The notes under the pieces are model-generated. The model made no database searches and had not been told where the DNA came from. It saw nothing but the letters and a program-made list of their open reading frames with translations. Positions 46,901-58,562 of a stretch of 64,000 bases of DNA are shown in pieces. Made by a program: the position numbers and the translations under genes. Every line of letters begins with the position of its first letter. Positions within the stretch are counted from its first letter, which is position 1. This stretch comes from Raillietiella orientalis (lineage: Eukaryota). The stretch is from the NCBI GenBank assembly GCA_036172245.1, contig JAYWIR010000113.1, positions 62,001 through 126,000 of the forward strand. The letters run 5' to 3'.

Positions 46901-47545
46901 GTTTGCCCCCCCACAGAGAGAATTAAAAAGCGGACAAAGGACCTCCTTTGTATCGCCGTTTGGGGCAACGGGAGGGCCCGAGTCCGCTTAAAGGACATGT
47001 GCGCTCCTCGTCGGAACGGTGGTCTGGGCCTCCTGACGCTGGAGCGACTGGAGCTTCAGCTCCAGTTTTCAATTTTGGCGCTTGTTCCAGAGTTGTAATT
47101 CACCTGGTGGTGCGTCCCTGCACGTCTTCTTCTCCAGCGATCCACCGGCAAGACGGGACTGTCGTCGTTTCTTGCACTCCGTTGCCGCGTCAACGGATGC
47201 TGACTCCAGCTACGGAGGGTGGCTGCGCTGTCACGGAAAAACCCAGGATTGGACACCTGTCGCCCTTTGAACGGTAGTGCCTGGTTGCAGGAAACCTTTC
47301 GAACGTGGGGACAGTTTGCCATGCAACGCTCCCAACAGGAACGAAGGTTCCTGTTTGGGGGTTACAGAAGTTGCACGCTCCGCGAGATCCTGGCGGAGTT
47401 TAAGAAGAGAGCGTGGGCAGGAAGAACACCCCTCGCTGCTGCGCTGCCCTCCCTGAAGGGAGAGCTGGACAGCGATGTTGCGGCGAAGTGGGAGGTTACA
47501 GTAACAATCTCCGGGAAGGAGAAGAAGATAGAAGAGTAGAAGACT
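43994..47545 (+). mobile_element. LINE L (C family): ORF1 tail, EN, RT; both ends missing
   Basis: 43994-44730 is colinear with the reverse complement of 9482-10220. TAATG at 44566, YADD present. Confidence 0.92.
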
Positions 47546-50026
47546 TTTCAGGGGGAGGCGCTTATGCGGGAGACGGGAGAGTTTTCCGCTTCTTTCCGCT
47601 CAGTAAAGGTGCGGCTCCTGTCGGAAGGCGAGGATTTGCGCCACCTAAGCAACTGGCGTCCGATCACCTTGGTGAATTCGGACGTCAATTTGTTCTTGAT
47701 GCTATGGGTCGCGCGGCTGGGGAGAATCGAGGGGTGCTTTGTATGTCCGGAGCAGACGTATTCTTTTCCGGGGCGATCCATGGACTTGTATCTCTTGTTC
47801 GCGAGAACATGGTTGCAGTTGATGCAGCGCGTGGGGCAGCAGAACCAGGCAGCCGAAAACGCCGCTGCCAAAGGTAAGCGGCGGTGTTCGAGTCCCGATG
47901 GAACGGCGATGGCCTTAGCGGTCGCCGTCTATCTCTGCAAAGCGTTCGACAGCGTAATCCAGGACCTCTTTCTGGAGCTTCTGGGACGCCTAGGCCTCCC
48001 GACGCACCTCATCGCCTACTGGCGCTTTTGCTGGCGCCACGCGTTATGCTGTATCTCTTTCAGCAAGCGCCACGTGTACGGCATTCCCATACGGCGGGGT
48101 ATCAAGCAGGGAGAAAGCTTAAGCCCCCTGCTTTTCAGTATCTTCTTTGAGTTGATGCTGAGTGCGTACAGAGTGACGATGGCCAGTCTGCCTAGCTCCT
48201 GTCCGGGAACTCCGGCCATGGCTGCATATGCTAATGACCTTCTCCTGCTACTGCCCATGACCACCCCGGAGTCCATTCGTGAGGCTCTTTTCGAGGAGAT
48301 TCTCCGTGATGCGGGCATGAGCGTGAACCAAAGTAAGGGCATGATCGTTAATATTTGTACGGCGTGGGAGGGGCAGTCCGACTGGATCCGCCTGGGGATC
48401 CCGACCGCTTACTTCATCCAATATCTGGGTGTTCCGCTGGGGAACATCAGCCCAGTGAAAGTGTGGTCGGACTGTCTTCGGAAGGCTTTGAGTGCTCTGA
48501 GTCCGTTCCACCATGGGAAGTTCGTCCTCTCGGAGGGGGCCGCGATATTGGACACCATCGTTGACCCCCTCTTGCGCTTTCTGCTTTTTGTTTGCCCACC
48601 TTCCTTCTCGACCATGCTCCAGGCTTACAGCCCGTTAAAAAACGCTCTGTGGGGACCTGCAAGGTCCACGAACCGCCTCAAATATTTGGTGGCTCCGCGT
48701 TGGCATGCAGGCTTAGGCATAATGACGCAGGAGGGAATCTAGCTGCGGGTGCAGCTTCGGATGTTGTCCATGTGCGTCAACCTTTGATCTTCTCCGTGGT
48801 GAGCACCCGCGCATCTGCTGCTGCTGCGTTGCAACGGCAGCGATGGACTTCTGTCGCTCGGGTTGCATAGGGAGCGCGCCACGAGTAGCTTCGGTTTCCC
48901 GATGAAAGCGCTCTACCAGCTCCTGGTAGCCAAGGAATGGATCTTCTGCTGCTTAACAAACTTTGAAGCATGGCGGCAGTAAACGTAGCATGGATGGGCA
49001 ATGCACCAGGATGTTTCCCTTCTGGAACTTCGTTGCGCTCACCTCTTTATGTACTGCACGGTGGACGAGGTGTGCAACAGCCAGGAGAAGTGGACTCGCC
49101 TGGCCGTCACGCCTCTCATGGACTCTCTCTGAGCCATGAGGACAAGAGATTACATTCGCCAAGCGATGAGGTAAAAGTTTGCCTGCACCATTGCAGAAGC
49201 AACAGGACCCATAGACGTCTGGAGGTCTAGCGAGCTGGTAGATGCCGATACGCCTCGCAACATCTCGAAGAGGCTCCTTTGGTGGAGTGATTACTTGAGT
49301 GTGCATTACGAAGAACTTGTTGTCCTTCCCTCGTCAACGAACACTTATGTGTTCCCTATGAACTGAAAATAGGACGTCATCTTGTTGGTGCATTTGGGTT
49401 TCCACTCCAACCAGCGGACGAAACGTCTTTCCGGAAGAAGTTGTCTCCCCGATCTTTAAGCGGTGCGGGGAAGTGGAAACGCTCCCCCATTTGCTTTTGG
49501 ACTACGCTGTCCTCAAAGGACTCTGGTGGAGGCTGGTGTCAACTATTCTGCACCAGCTTGACACCGCAAAAGACTTGATGCGCTGCTCATTTACGCCAGG
49601 CGGACTGTCTTTAGGTGCTGACATCGCAACAATCTGTTGCATATGTGCCATCGACAAGGCCCACCGAAATTTGGAGAAGCTGGCCATCCTTGGTCAGCCC
49701 ACTGGTTTAGTTAGCGCGAACATGTCATCCGCTGTCAAGTAAGCCCATCTTTCAGAAGGCGTTGGGTGAGAGATCGCCGGCATCCATCGCCGGTACTGAA
49801 AAGAAGGAACGGCCTTACCAAACACCCTTGTCCCCTACCCTCCCGTATCTTTGTTTTTATTTTTTTTATAAGTTTATTTCTGGTCCCATCCTTCCCTTTT
49901 CGGACATTTGTCATGCAGATCTGCGTGTCGGAGATCCCAAGCAGTTCGTCTCTTCTGTGTCCTTTGTCCGGGAACTCTGTTCCCTGATAGTTTAGTAATA
50001 AACGCCCTGTCGCAGCCAACTGACAC
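47546..50026 (+). mobile_element. LINE M, RT to 3' end, degenerate, B/D-like lineage
   Basis: ORF 47564-48742 (WRPITLVNSD, GIKQGESLSP, YAND). AATAAA at 49997. Confidence 0.9.
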
Positions 50027-52049
50027 ACATGCGAGCCTCTGAGATCCTCGTGATCTCCTGGACGTTTTCCGCGGTCATCACTATGATCTCCTGCAGGTGC
50101 GCCACGTCGAATTAACGCAGAGTTTTGGTCGTATCCATTGCCACTTTCCTAAAACTAGCAACAGGGCTCACCTGTTGCTGTCGTCACTCAGCCCGTTGAA
50201 GAACCAGCAGGTTTCGCGGATCATACGGCGACAGGCGAGCCCTGTTGCTAGTTTTAGGAAAGTGGCAATGGGACTCCCACCACCTGGTCGGGCAAGACGC
50301 TAGGAGAAGGGGGTTTGTCGTTTACCACTTACTTCTCCTCCATTGGTCCCGAGTCGTCTGTAGGGCCATGCAGAGGAAGAAGGTATTCGCCCACCTGCTC
50401 TTCTTTCTCCATGGGGGTCTCCAGCTGCACGGTGTCAGAGATTGAGAGATTTTCTACCTCCTCTATCACGCTGCCGGCTTTCTCCTTGGGTGTCGGTTCA
50501 TCCCTCTCCTTGTTGGTCCAGATGCGCCTCCTGGGATTCTGGAAATTGCGTGTCGTCTGCTTTGGTGACGCTTCCGCGGAAGACGCCCTTAAGGCATCCG
50601 GATCGGCCTCACGTACCTCCGTAGCCTTCCTCGCAGCCGGCCTTCGTTAAGATTTCTGCAATTTCTAATCACGGCTTTGCAGCTCAGCCGCGAGTTCTTC
50701 CACCGTTTTTTGGAAAGCGGCCTCCTCGATCGCGTCGAGCGCGTAACGCGGTTCTTCCTCTGTTCAAACAGAAGGTTCGGCATTGTCCGTCGCGGCTTTG
50801 GCAAACGCGAAGTAGGAAAAACCTCTCCCGGTGGCGGCATCGAGTACCCCCACACGCTCTAAAGTCACCGAACACACGCCGAGTTTTTGGCAGCATGGTT
50901 CTTTTACGCGTTTCGTTTGGGACTCACCGGTCTTTATGGCGGCTGTACCGTCTGCCAGCCTGCGCAATTACCAGCATCGTATGGTGTTTCCGCAACTGAC
51001 GTTTACTAGCAGTGTTTATAAACCGGCTGCTGTCTTTTGACATCCTTTGCCTGTTTCAAGGCATAGCCTTCTCCCCCCCGGTTTATTCTTTTCCTTTTTG
51101 GCATCAGGTAAGAGCGGGATGCCTTTCCTAAGGAACGCTTAACAAATGTGGCTTTTATTTCCGCATAAGTGGCATTCGATGTTGAGGCATCGGTTTTTCA
51201 AGAGTCATGTGGCATCGCAATCGCTACACTACTTGGGCTTTTCAACGGAGCAAACATCGACTTTTTCTTCGCCAATGTTTAGTTTGTGCGGAAGCGCACC
51301 ATTCTTTAATATTGTAACACGGGCAGCGGCCATCCCACCGAAAAGCCTTCCGTACGTTCGGAAGACATCAAGTGTGGCCCAATACTCGTGCACATTACCG
51401 TGTTTTGCCAACTCCTCATGGACTCCAGTCTTGCCCAATCGAAGTGTCAAGCCTGTGAGGTAGACCACGACGGAGCGGTCCTTCATCACATGGAAGATCC
51501 CACGGCCGTCCATCGTATTGGGGATGTTCTTTAGGCGCTGCGCCAGACTTTCCTCCCTTCAAGTTAGTTGCACTCCCTGTCCCCCACTGAGGACGGAGAG
51601 GCCCTCAAATTCTTCCTTCCTCACGTCGAACCTTTGCAGCTCTATTTAGAAGGAGCGCGCAATTTTCTCATCAAATACACTGCCTAACTTTCAGAACAGA
51701 GACGGTTTGTAACCGCTGTTCTTGTAGGCATTTCGCTCCGCACCTGCAACCGTGGATGGTACACTAACGACGGGTACTCCAACTCCTCGCCGCTGGCGAA
51801 GAGTTACGCGAAGGTGCGGTTGCCCCCGATTGCAATGAGGCATGTACCCTGGATTACGTGGGGGCGCATGCCCCTACTTCTATGGGTGGAAGACAGCAAG
51901 TCGCCTCTCCTTCCCCAATTTCCATCGCGGTTTCCTCAGGCATTCCTGCCATGGGACACCGGCTCTCCCACACACCTGACAAAACCACCAAAAAGCTTTC
52001 CACTAACTAGATCGCGGAGTGATGCCAAACCATGTCCACTCACTAGAAG
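50027..52049 (-). mobile_element. LINE N, 5' part (5' UTR, heavily degenerate ORF1, start of EN)
   Basis: GGACATG at 52037-52031, ATG CCT GAG GAA, DRSVVVYLTG...LPHKL, and knuckle remnants. Confidence 0.88.
50135..50271. repeat. 41-bp inverted repeat (50135-50175 vs 50231-50271, 1 mismatch)
   Basis: CCATTGCCACTTTCCTAAAACTAGCAACAGGGCTC(A/G)CCTGT occurs on both strands. Confidence 0.9.
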
Positions 52050-52661
52050 CACACAAGTAAGATTGAATCCAAACTGTGCCAGGTGTGGGGTACGGGAATC
52101 CCTTCGGAACTTCATAGTGGACTGTGTTGACTTCCGTTCTCTTTGGAAAGGTTGCAGTAGTACCATAGGGATCGTGGAAGGTAGCCCTCCCAGAGACGTT
52201 ACTTGGCTTTTCTTCTTGCGGGACTCCCTGTAGCCAGCCATCGTGGTAGCAGCGCTCAGCTGCATCCGCGTTATTTTAGCCGCTTGGAGTAAAAGCCGCC
52301 GAAGCAGAAGATGTTAACGGAAGTGTTGTTTTGGAGTATGCAGCTTGCTTACTGCGAATAGCACACTGATGGCCTTACTTGAGAAATCTGCACAAATACC
52401 TCGTGGGCATCCTGCAAAGGATGGTTACTCCACGCAGCGGACAGTGATCCCTTCCTGACCGTCCAAAGAACTATGGTTTTGTGTTTTCAGTTTCCTTTAT
52501 TTTTATTTTTATTTTTCCCATTCCTCTCCGCTCACGTGGAGTGTCAAGTCGGTCTTCGCACCGTCCATACGGCAGCTCCGTCTCGCTTTTGTCCGTGACG
52601 GGCCGTTGTATCGCAAGTACGGAAGGTTTATAATAAACGTTCCGGATTCACCAGGTGAAAA
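52050..52661 (+). mobile_element. LINE O, 3'-terminal fragment (zinc finger + 3' UTR), I/E-like lineage; right edge of the large nest
   Basis: NCARCGVRESL, T-rich UTR, and terminus AATAAACGTTCCGGATTCACCAGGTGAAAA. Confidence 0.88.
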
Positions 52662-53260
52662 CGCCGAACCGCCAAAAACGTGTTTTTCCTGCGCTACGAA
52701 CACTCTTGTTCTGGATGTTTTTTTTTCTTGGCGTTAGTGTGATTGTGTGGAACATGGTCGGTGTCTCTTGGCAGAAATTTCCCAAGACGCCAACTACCGA
52801 CCGGGCTTCGATCCTTGGACGTCCGTACGCGCGTCGCCGCGCTAATTGAAAAATATATGAAACGTGACAGACAAAGCTGCTTAGCTTAGCCGGTGACCAG
52901 GAAGTTGAATCGCGTAAAGCCGCAGCACCGGCCGCGAGCAGCGTGGACCTCCCGGCAGCGGCTCTGCGAGAAACGGGTGGCAACGTGTCCTTCTGGAGAT
53001 CACAGCGTTTAACCAACACCGTAGACGCCACAGTTGCTTTGTATTTCTGATTTCGGAGATACGAGGGCGCATGCATGGGTGCGGAGCAGCTTGGGCCAGT
53101 TGGTTGAGAAAACAAGTCACCTTTCGGTTTAAGGTTCAGCCGTCATTTCACTTTATTGATGCAGGAGCGGCTCCGAAGGTATCCTTGGGAAGCTGTTCTC
53201 AAGTGATCGAAGATTTCGTGATACCTCATTCTTGTGCTCGGCTTCTTGTCCGACAAATCT

Positions 53261-54847
53261 CTACTGTTCCTGGCGCGGCGCTTCCGCATTAGCGGTGCTG
53301 CCATCAGACTGCACGGATGAGCGAGAGGTTTTCATCCTGCCAAAGACCGTGAGCGTATGAAGCAGCTGCGGAAGGCACACCCACCTTGGAGTTCTGCATG
53401 CACTTAAGGCATGGAACATCTTCAGCATGAGCTGGTTGTATTCGTGCAGGCCTACCAAGGAACGGCCCAGCTGCCATCGTCTCCTGAGTTTCGAAGAAAG
53501 GCCATTCCTCAAGTACTCCAGTTCCTCCAGGAGGCTATCGTTCATTTCGCCGCTCTGAGGACGCAAAGATGTCATCGACTTACATCTGAAAAAACAGCCA
53601 TGATTGCCCTTACCTGTTTATTCGTCTCCTCCAAACTAGTCACCCTACTGGACGCCATTCTGTTTTCTTCGACAATTTTCTGCGACTGTTGGATCTCAGT
53701 GGCCAATTGGATCCCCCAATTATTACTATTGAGAATGTGTTGAAGAAGTTATAGCGAAGACGTGCTAACCTCCGCGAATTTTCATCCAGAGCTTGCCACA
53801 TGGTTCTGAGATGCTGTTCCTCTTGCATTTCTAACGCTCCTTGGAAAAATGCGGTGTAATTATTCTTGCATGTCTTTAGAGTATCAATAATGTTTGAGAA
53901 TCTACGTTTCAATTGTTCCACAGTGGAAATCTTATTGTTCGAGATGGATGTGAGCATAAATTGCATCTCCCCCCGCAGCGAATTTTCCATCATTAAAGTC
54001 ATGGACATCTGATATCTGGAAATCCAGACCGCCAACTCTTTCTCCCACAACCTGTGTTCCTGCAACAAACTGAAGGCCATTGAAGTGACCGCCTGCAGCC
54101 GACTTACCAGAATATACTCCTTTGGGCAAACAACTCATACTGTTCTGCCTTAACGTTAGAGATTACCGAGATCTTCTTCAGCAAGCCGCTGTAGGCAACG
54201 TTCAGATCCACCTCCTCCTGGAGCACTCGAGAGAGATTCCCCGCGCATGCCAAGCGCTTCTCTTGCAACTCATGGAGGCTACTCTCGTACTTTGCCACGA
54301 CCGCACTTCTGAACAACAACGACAGAAACTCGAAACTGTCATCTTCTCAGCTCCAGATATTCACGTTTTCTCCACCAGGTTGTCCTCGATCATGCGCAGA
54401 CATCGCTGCCTCCAGTCCTCTTTGCTCGGTGTGGCGAGGGCATCTTCTGCCTTCTTTCTGTGGTTTGTTCCCTGCCCCAAGGGGCTTCCATCCTTTATTG
54501 CGAACCCCTAGAACAACCTCATTTACGAGTGACACCAGTCGTCGCAACGCTCCTTCGTCTCATATCCGGCGGCAGTCCACATACCGATCTGATTTCCTGC
54601 CCTCTCGCCGCCCTTCTGGATGGTATGTACAGAAACTTCGAGCTTCTCTGCAGTCCATCGATGTTCGCTTGCCTCTTTCTGTGCTGCACTGACAAGCTGC
54701 GGATGGTTCTCTTTAACGAGCACAGAAGGTTGAAATCGGCATGGGCCTGGTTTCGCATGGAATTCTCTGTTGTCCCTTGCTAAAAATCAGTCGCTAGTTG
54801 CACGAGCAGAGATCACTGTCACTTACCTCCGATGCCATCATGACCAT
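53261..54847 (-). CDS. Putative spliced host gene, ~415 aa, probably alpha-helical/coiled-coil, function unknown. Exons 54847-54827, 54779-54585, 54507-54365, 54308-54108, 54051-53770, 53725-53614, 53554-53261
   Basis: Six GT..AG introns (47, 77, 56, 56, 44 and 59 nt; donors GTAAGT, GTATGT, GTGAAT, GTAAGT, GTTAGC, GTAAGG) have phases that join into one stop-free frame. The first exon, the intron-4 acceptor and the last exon are uncertain. Confidence 0.7.
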
Positions 54848-56399
54848 GAGGCCTGAGGGCAGGATCTAGGCGATGAACGCGCACTCCGGAGGGCTTGTAT
54901 GCAAGCCGAGAAGTCTTCGCACTCAAGGATTTGTGCTTCCGTCTTGGGAGCAACAAAAAACGGGGCCAAAGAACGGCCTAGGGAGAGTAAGCAACACAAT
55001 TGGAAACGCCAACAATCGTGATCTCGCCATGGCAACGAAACTGGAAACTGGGTGCAAAAAAACGTGGTTTCAGTGAAAGTGCCGTACACACATTGTAAAC
55101 GTTGCCAGCTGGTTGGCGCGTGTTTGCTACGATCACTTGCTATACAGTTTGCCTTCTCCTCGTGAGGAAGCGAGCCGCTGCAGCAGCCGCATAATCCGCA
55201 GCTGAGGAGATCGCACGACAGATTAGGCGGACCGCCGACGGCAATGCGGCATGCGCGCGCTGCGCGGAAAGTGGACCCTTTATAGACATCCACCGTGCGA
55301 GCGTTTCGAATCTTGCGGCCTCCCTGCCAGAGGGGGAAGCGAACGCAATCCGCTGTCTCCCTACGCTGGTGAATGCTCACGCAGGTGTCAGGGGATGCGC
55401 TCGCCAGGCACCGGATCTTTCCTGGCAGGCAGTAGGGTGACGCATCTCCGGTTTCGTGTCACGAGGACACGCGTGGGAGGTGAGGGCGCGAACTAGGTTT
55501 GCTGATGCCCTAAGTGCTGATCTCGACGCAAAGGGAGCGGAGAGTTCGCCAGAAGGCAAGACGGTGGTGACGATGCGCTGTGGTATCCGAGAAGAAGGGG
55601 GTTCGCCGATGACTGACGCATGAGTGCGACTAGCGGTCGCACTCTTGCCATGCAGCTGACGTCCCCAGAGTGCTCTTGTGGTGGAGGAGCTGAGCGCGTT
55701 AGGCACACGGGGGCACTCAAAAGTTCTACAGAAATAAAACGCATGCATGGAGCCAGTAAGTTGATTCGCCTCCTTTCTTTGAAGGGAGTGCAGCCGATGT
55801 AGGCGAGGTAGAGGAGAGAGCACCGAATCGGGCTGCGTTCGGGCTGCACGTGAGTCATTCTCGGAAGTCGAAGGGAGCAACGTCGTATGACTGGCATGCA
55901 TCTTCGTTCTAGATTAGGACTTCTACTCTTGGGTTTACAAGAGTACTTCTGGGTGTTCTGTCTACAACTTTTCCTTCCCGAGAACGTGGATTCCCAAAAT
56001 CGTAGTATTATTGCGTTCGTGAAGATGACACGGCCGTAGGTCACTTAAAATCACGCGGTTGTTGTCGAAATTTTCTTATATTGCATGCCCAAGATGGGCG
56101 CTGTTTGGTGGATATGTCTGCAACATATGAACGCAACATGAAGTTATGTGTTTTTATGAGGCTTTCTTTCTCTGGGAGAGGTTTTGAAACCTGGTGATAC
56201 GTATTTTGTGGCTTTCTGCGTGTCCCTCAAGCCATTCACGTTTGCATGCATGCATTCGTAAGTTCTGCACAAAGTTGCTCCCATAGCGTTTCCCCATTCA
56301 GGTACAGCAAAGAGCGTATTTCCTGTAATACCAAGAACATTGAAAAGGCGGTAGCGCCACCGTCTCTACCACGTTCAAGACACGAGGAGCTTAGAAGCC

Positions 56400-58289
56400 T
56401 GCTGCCACCTATTTCGAACTGCTGCTGAGAGCATACAGGCTGACATTGTCTGCCCTACCAAGCTCGTGCCCCGGTACGCTGGACATGTCGGCGTATGCTG
56501 CTGATCTTCTGCTCCTGCTAGGCATGTCAGATTCGGCTTTGGCAGTAAAGAATTCCTTCGACTTGCTGAACCGCGGAACAGGATTACGGGTGAACAGGAC
56601 GAATCCGCCGCTGGCTACGGTTGGTGAAACGTGGGCAGGATGATCTTATTGGATCCGACTGGGGATACCCACGAAGAGGTACTTGAAGTACTTCGGCGTT
56701 CTATTAAATGACTTCTGTTAGTCAGAAGCCTGATCAGGTCGTCTCCAGAAAGTGGAGTTGGCGATCGGCCCGTTCCTGGAAGACAAGTTCCACTTGCAGC
56801 AATGGACAGCGGTGTGGAACGCGTTTCTGGTTTCCTTAAATCGCCCCCTTCTTCTTGTTTGGCCGTAACCCATAAGATGAGAAAGAGAACAAAGAACCTC
56901 CTGGGCATCGTTCTGTAGGGCGGCGGGAGGCCTTTTTTGCTTCTGGAGGATTTGTAAGCTTCCCGTCGGGACGGAGATTTCAGCGTCCTTACGCAAGATC
57001 CCGTAACGAAACAGCAGCGATGGCGCAGCCTCGCTATCGCAGCAAAAATATGTAGCACTCCTTAGTGCGTTCCGATCCACCTCATCGCTAGACGTGTGTC
57101 CGGGACTGATGGACTAGCATCTCTTCTGTGCTCCAGCCGGAAAACAAGATGCGGCCTTCTCCGGGACGCATCATCATCCTCGCAAACGAGAACGGGTAAA
57201 AAGACTGTAGCCGCGCCAACTCCAGCGCATGAATGGAAGAAACAGTTGGCTCGTGGGCTGAGTTAAAGCAGCCTAGTGAAGAATCTTGCAATTGCCTTTG
57301 CCCGGCATCTACATCGACTGTGCGCTACGGAACATGATCGAGGATCCTTCCAGAAGCACGTGGAAGGAGACAACCCTACTGACCACGGCGCTGCCCTTCC
57401 TGAGAATGGCGCTTCATGACGGCCGAAAACCCAGGAGTGAAATTATCTGCCGGATAGCGGGCAAGGAGAATGGGTTAAATGGGTGGACCATGATGGAACT
57501 GGCTGACGTCGCGACTCCAAGCGTTCTCTAGCTCGGAATCCAGAGATGAACGAGCTGCTTGGCCTTTTACTGGATGATCTAAAGTGGCCTGTGTGATTTA
57601 GACACGCAACCAACCTCCCTCTCAAGTTGCAGGAAACAGCTCTGCTTTTGTTGCACTGGGGGCTTCCCTGATACGCGCGCCGCCACCACTGGACGTTGAG
57701 GAACCTGGGAGAGAACTGTACAGTGTGCGGGGAGAAGGAATCCTTCCTTCACCTGTTTCTGTACTGCGCTGTTCTCTGGACCCTGTCGGAACGTTTTGCT
57801 ACGACCCTCCGGATACCGGCAGTACCCGCACAGACGCTGTGAGACTCCACTTCGTGCGAGACGCCCTGCAACCAGCATCAACCCTGGCAGCGCTCTACTG
57901 ACTCTGAGGGAGTGTGGCTGGGTGATGAGCGTTTAACAGAGAAAGAAGAGCTGTGGACACCATCGATCACGCTGGTCGCAACCTGCGAATCGCGATCGGC
58001 TGGTCCCATCTGGGAGCCATGACGAGAAAACTCGAGGGCATCCTGGAAAACATAGTCTCTCCCCCCAGCGGGCTGTGATCGCTTCTTGACTCTCCAAATA
58101 GTTTCTTTTTGTTTGTTTCATTTATTTCACTTTTTGTTTTACCCCCTAGCCCCTCCGCTGCCAAGAAGAGTCAGGCCGGTCTGTGGACCGGCTTTCTAAC
58201 ACGTCCCATGAAATATTGGACGAAGCGCGGCCTATTACCGCAAATGTACAGTGTTTATAAATAAACGGTCCAGCGTGACTAAGTGAGAA
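56400..58289 (+). mobile_element. LINE P, 5'-truncated, old (RT end to 3' end)
   Basis: TYFELLLRAY, LPSSCPGT..YAAD, zinc-finger remnant, AATAAA at 58260. The left boundary is approximate. Confidence 0.85.
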
Positions 58290-58301
58290 CTTCCCCGTGT
58301 C

Positions 58302-58520
58302 CTTCTAGGGAGCGGACGTGGTTTGGCATCGCACCGCGCTCTAGTTAGCCTAAAGCATTTTGGTAGTATTGTCTGGTGTGTGGGAGCGCCTGTGTCGCAT
58401 GTCAGAAATGCCTGAGGACACCGCGATGGAAATTGGAGGAGGAGAGGCAACTTGCTCCCCTCCACCCATGAAAGGGGAGGCATCCGCTCCCACGGAGTCC
58501 TGAAAAGCAACTGGCTGCCG
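58302..58520 (+). mobile_element. LINE Q, 5'-end stub (N family)
   Basis: Colinear with the reverse complement of ~51850-52049. GGACGTG at 58314, then MPEDTAMEIGGG. Confidence 0.85.
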
Positions 58521-58562
58521 GACACGAGTGTGTAAAAAACTCACTTGAGAGCGGGAGAATTC

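Noticed and set aside
53586..53613. 28-nt intron ending at TTTTTTCAG
   Set aside because: It creates an immediate ATG-TAA stop, whereas the 59-nt intron keeps the frame.
52662..56400. Naming the organism or the host gene
   Set aside because: Short introns and a DPE-like motif only hint at a compact-genome eukaryote. I recognise no diagnostic sequence.
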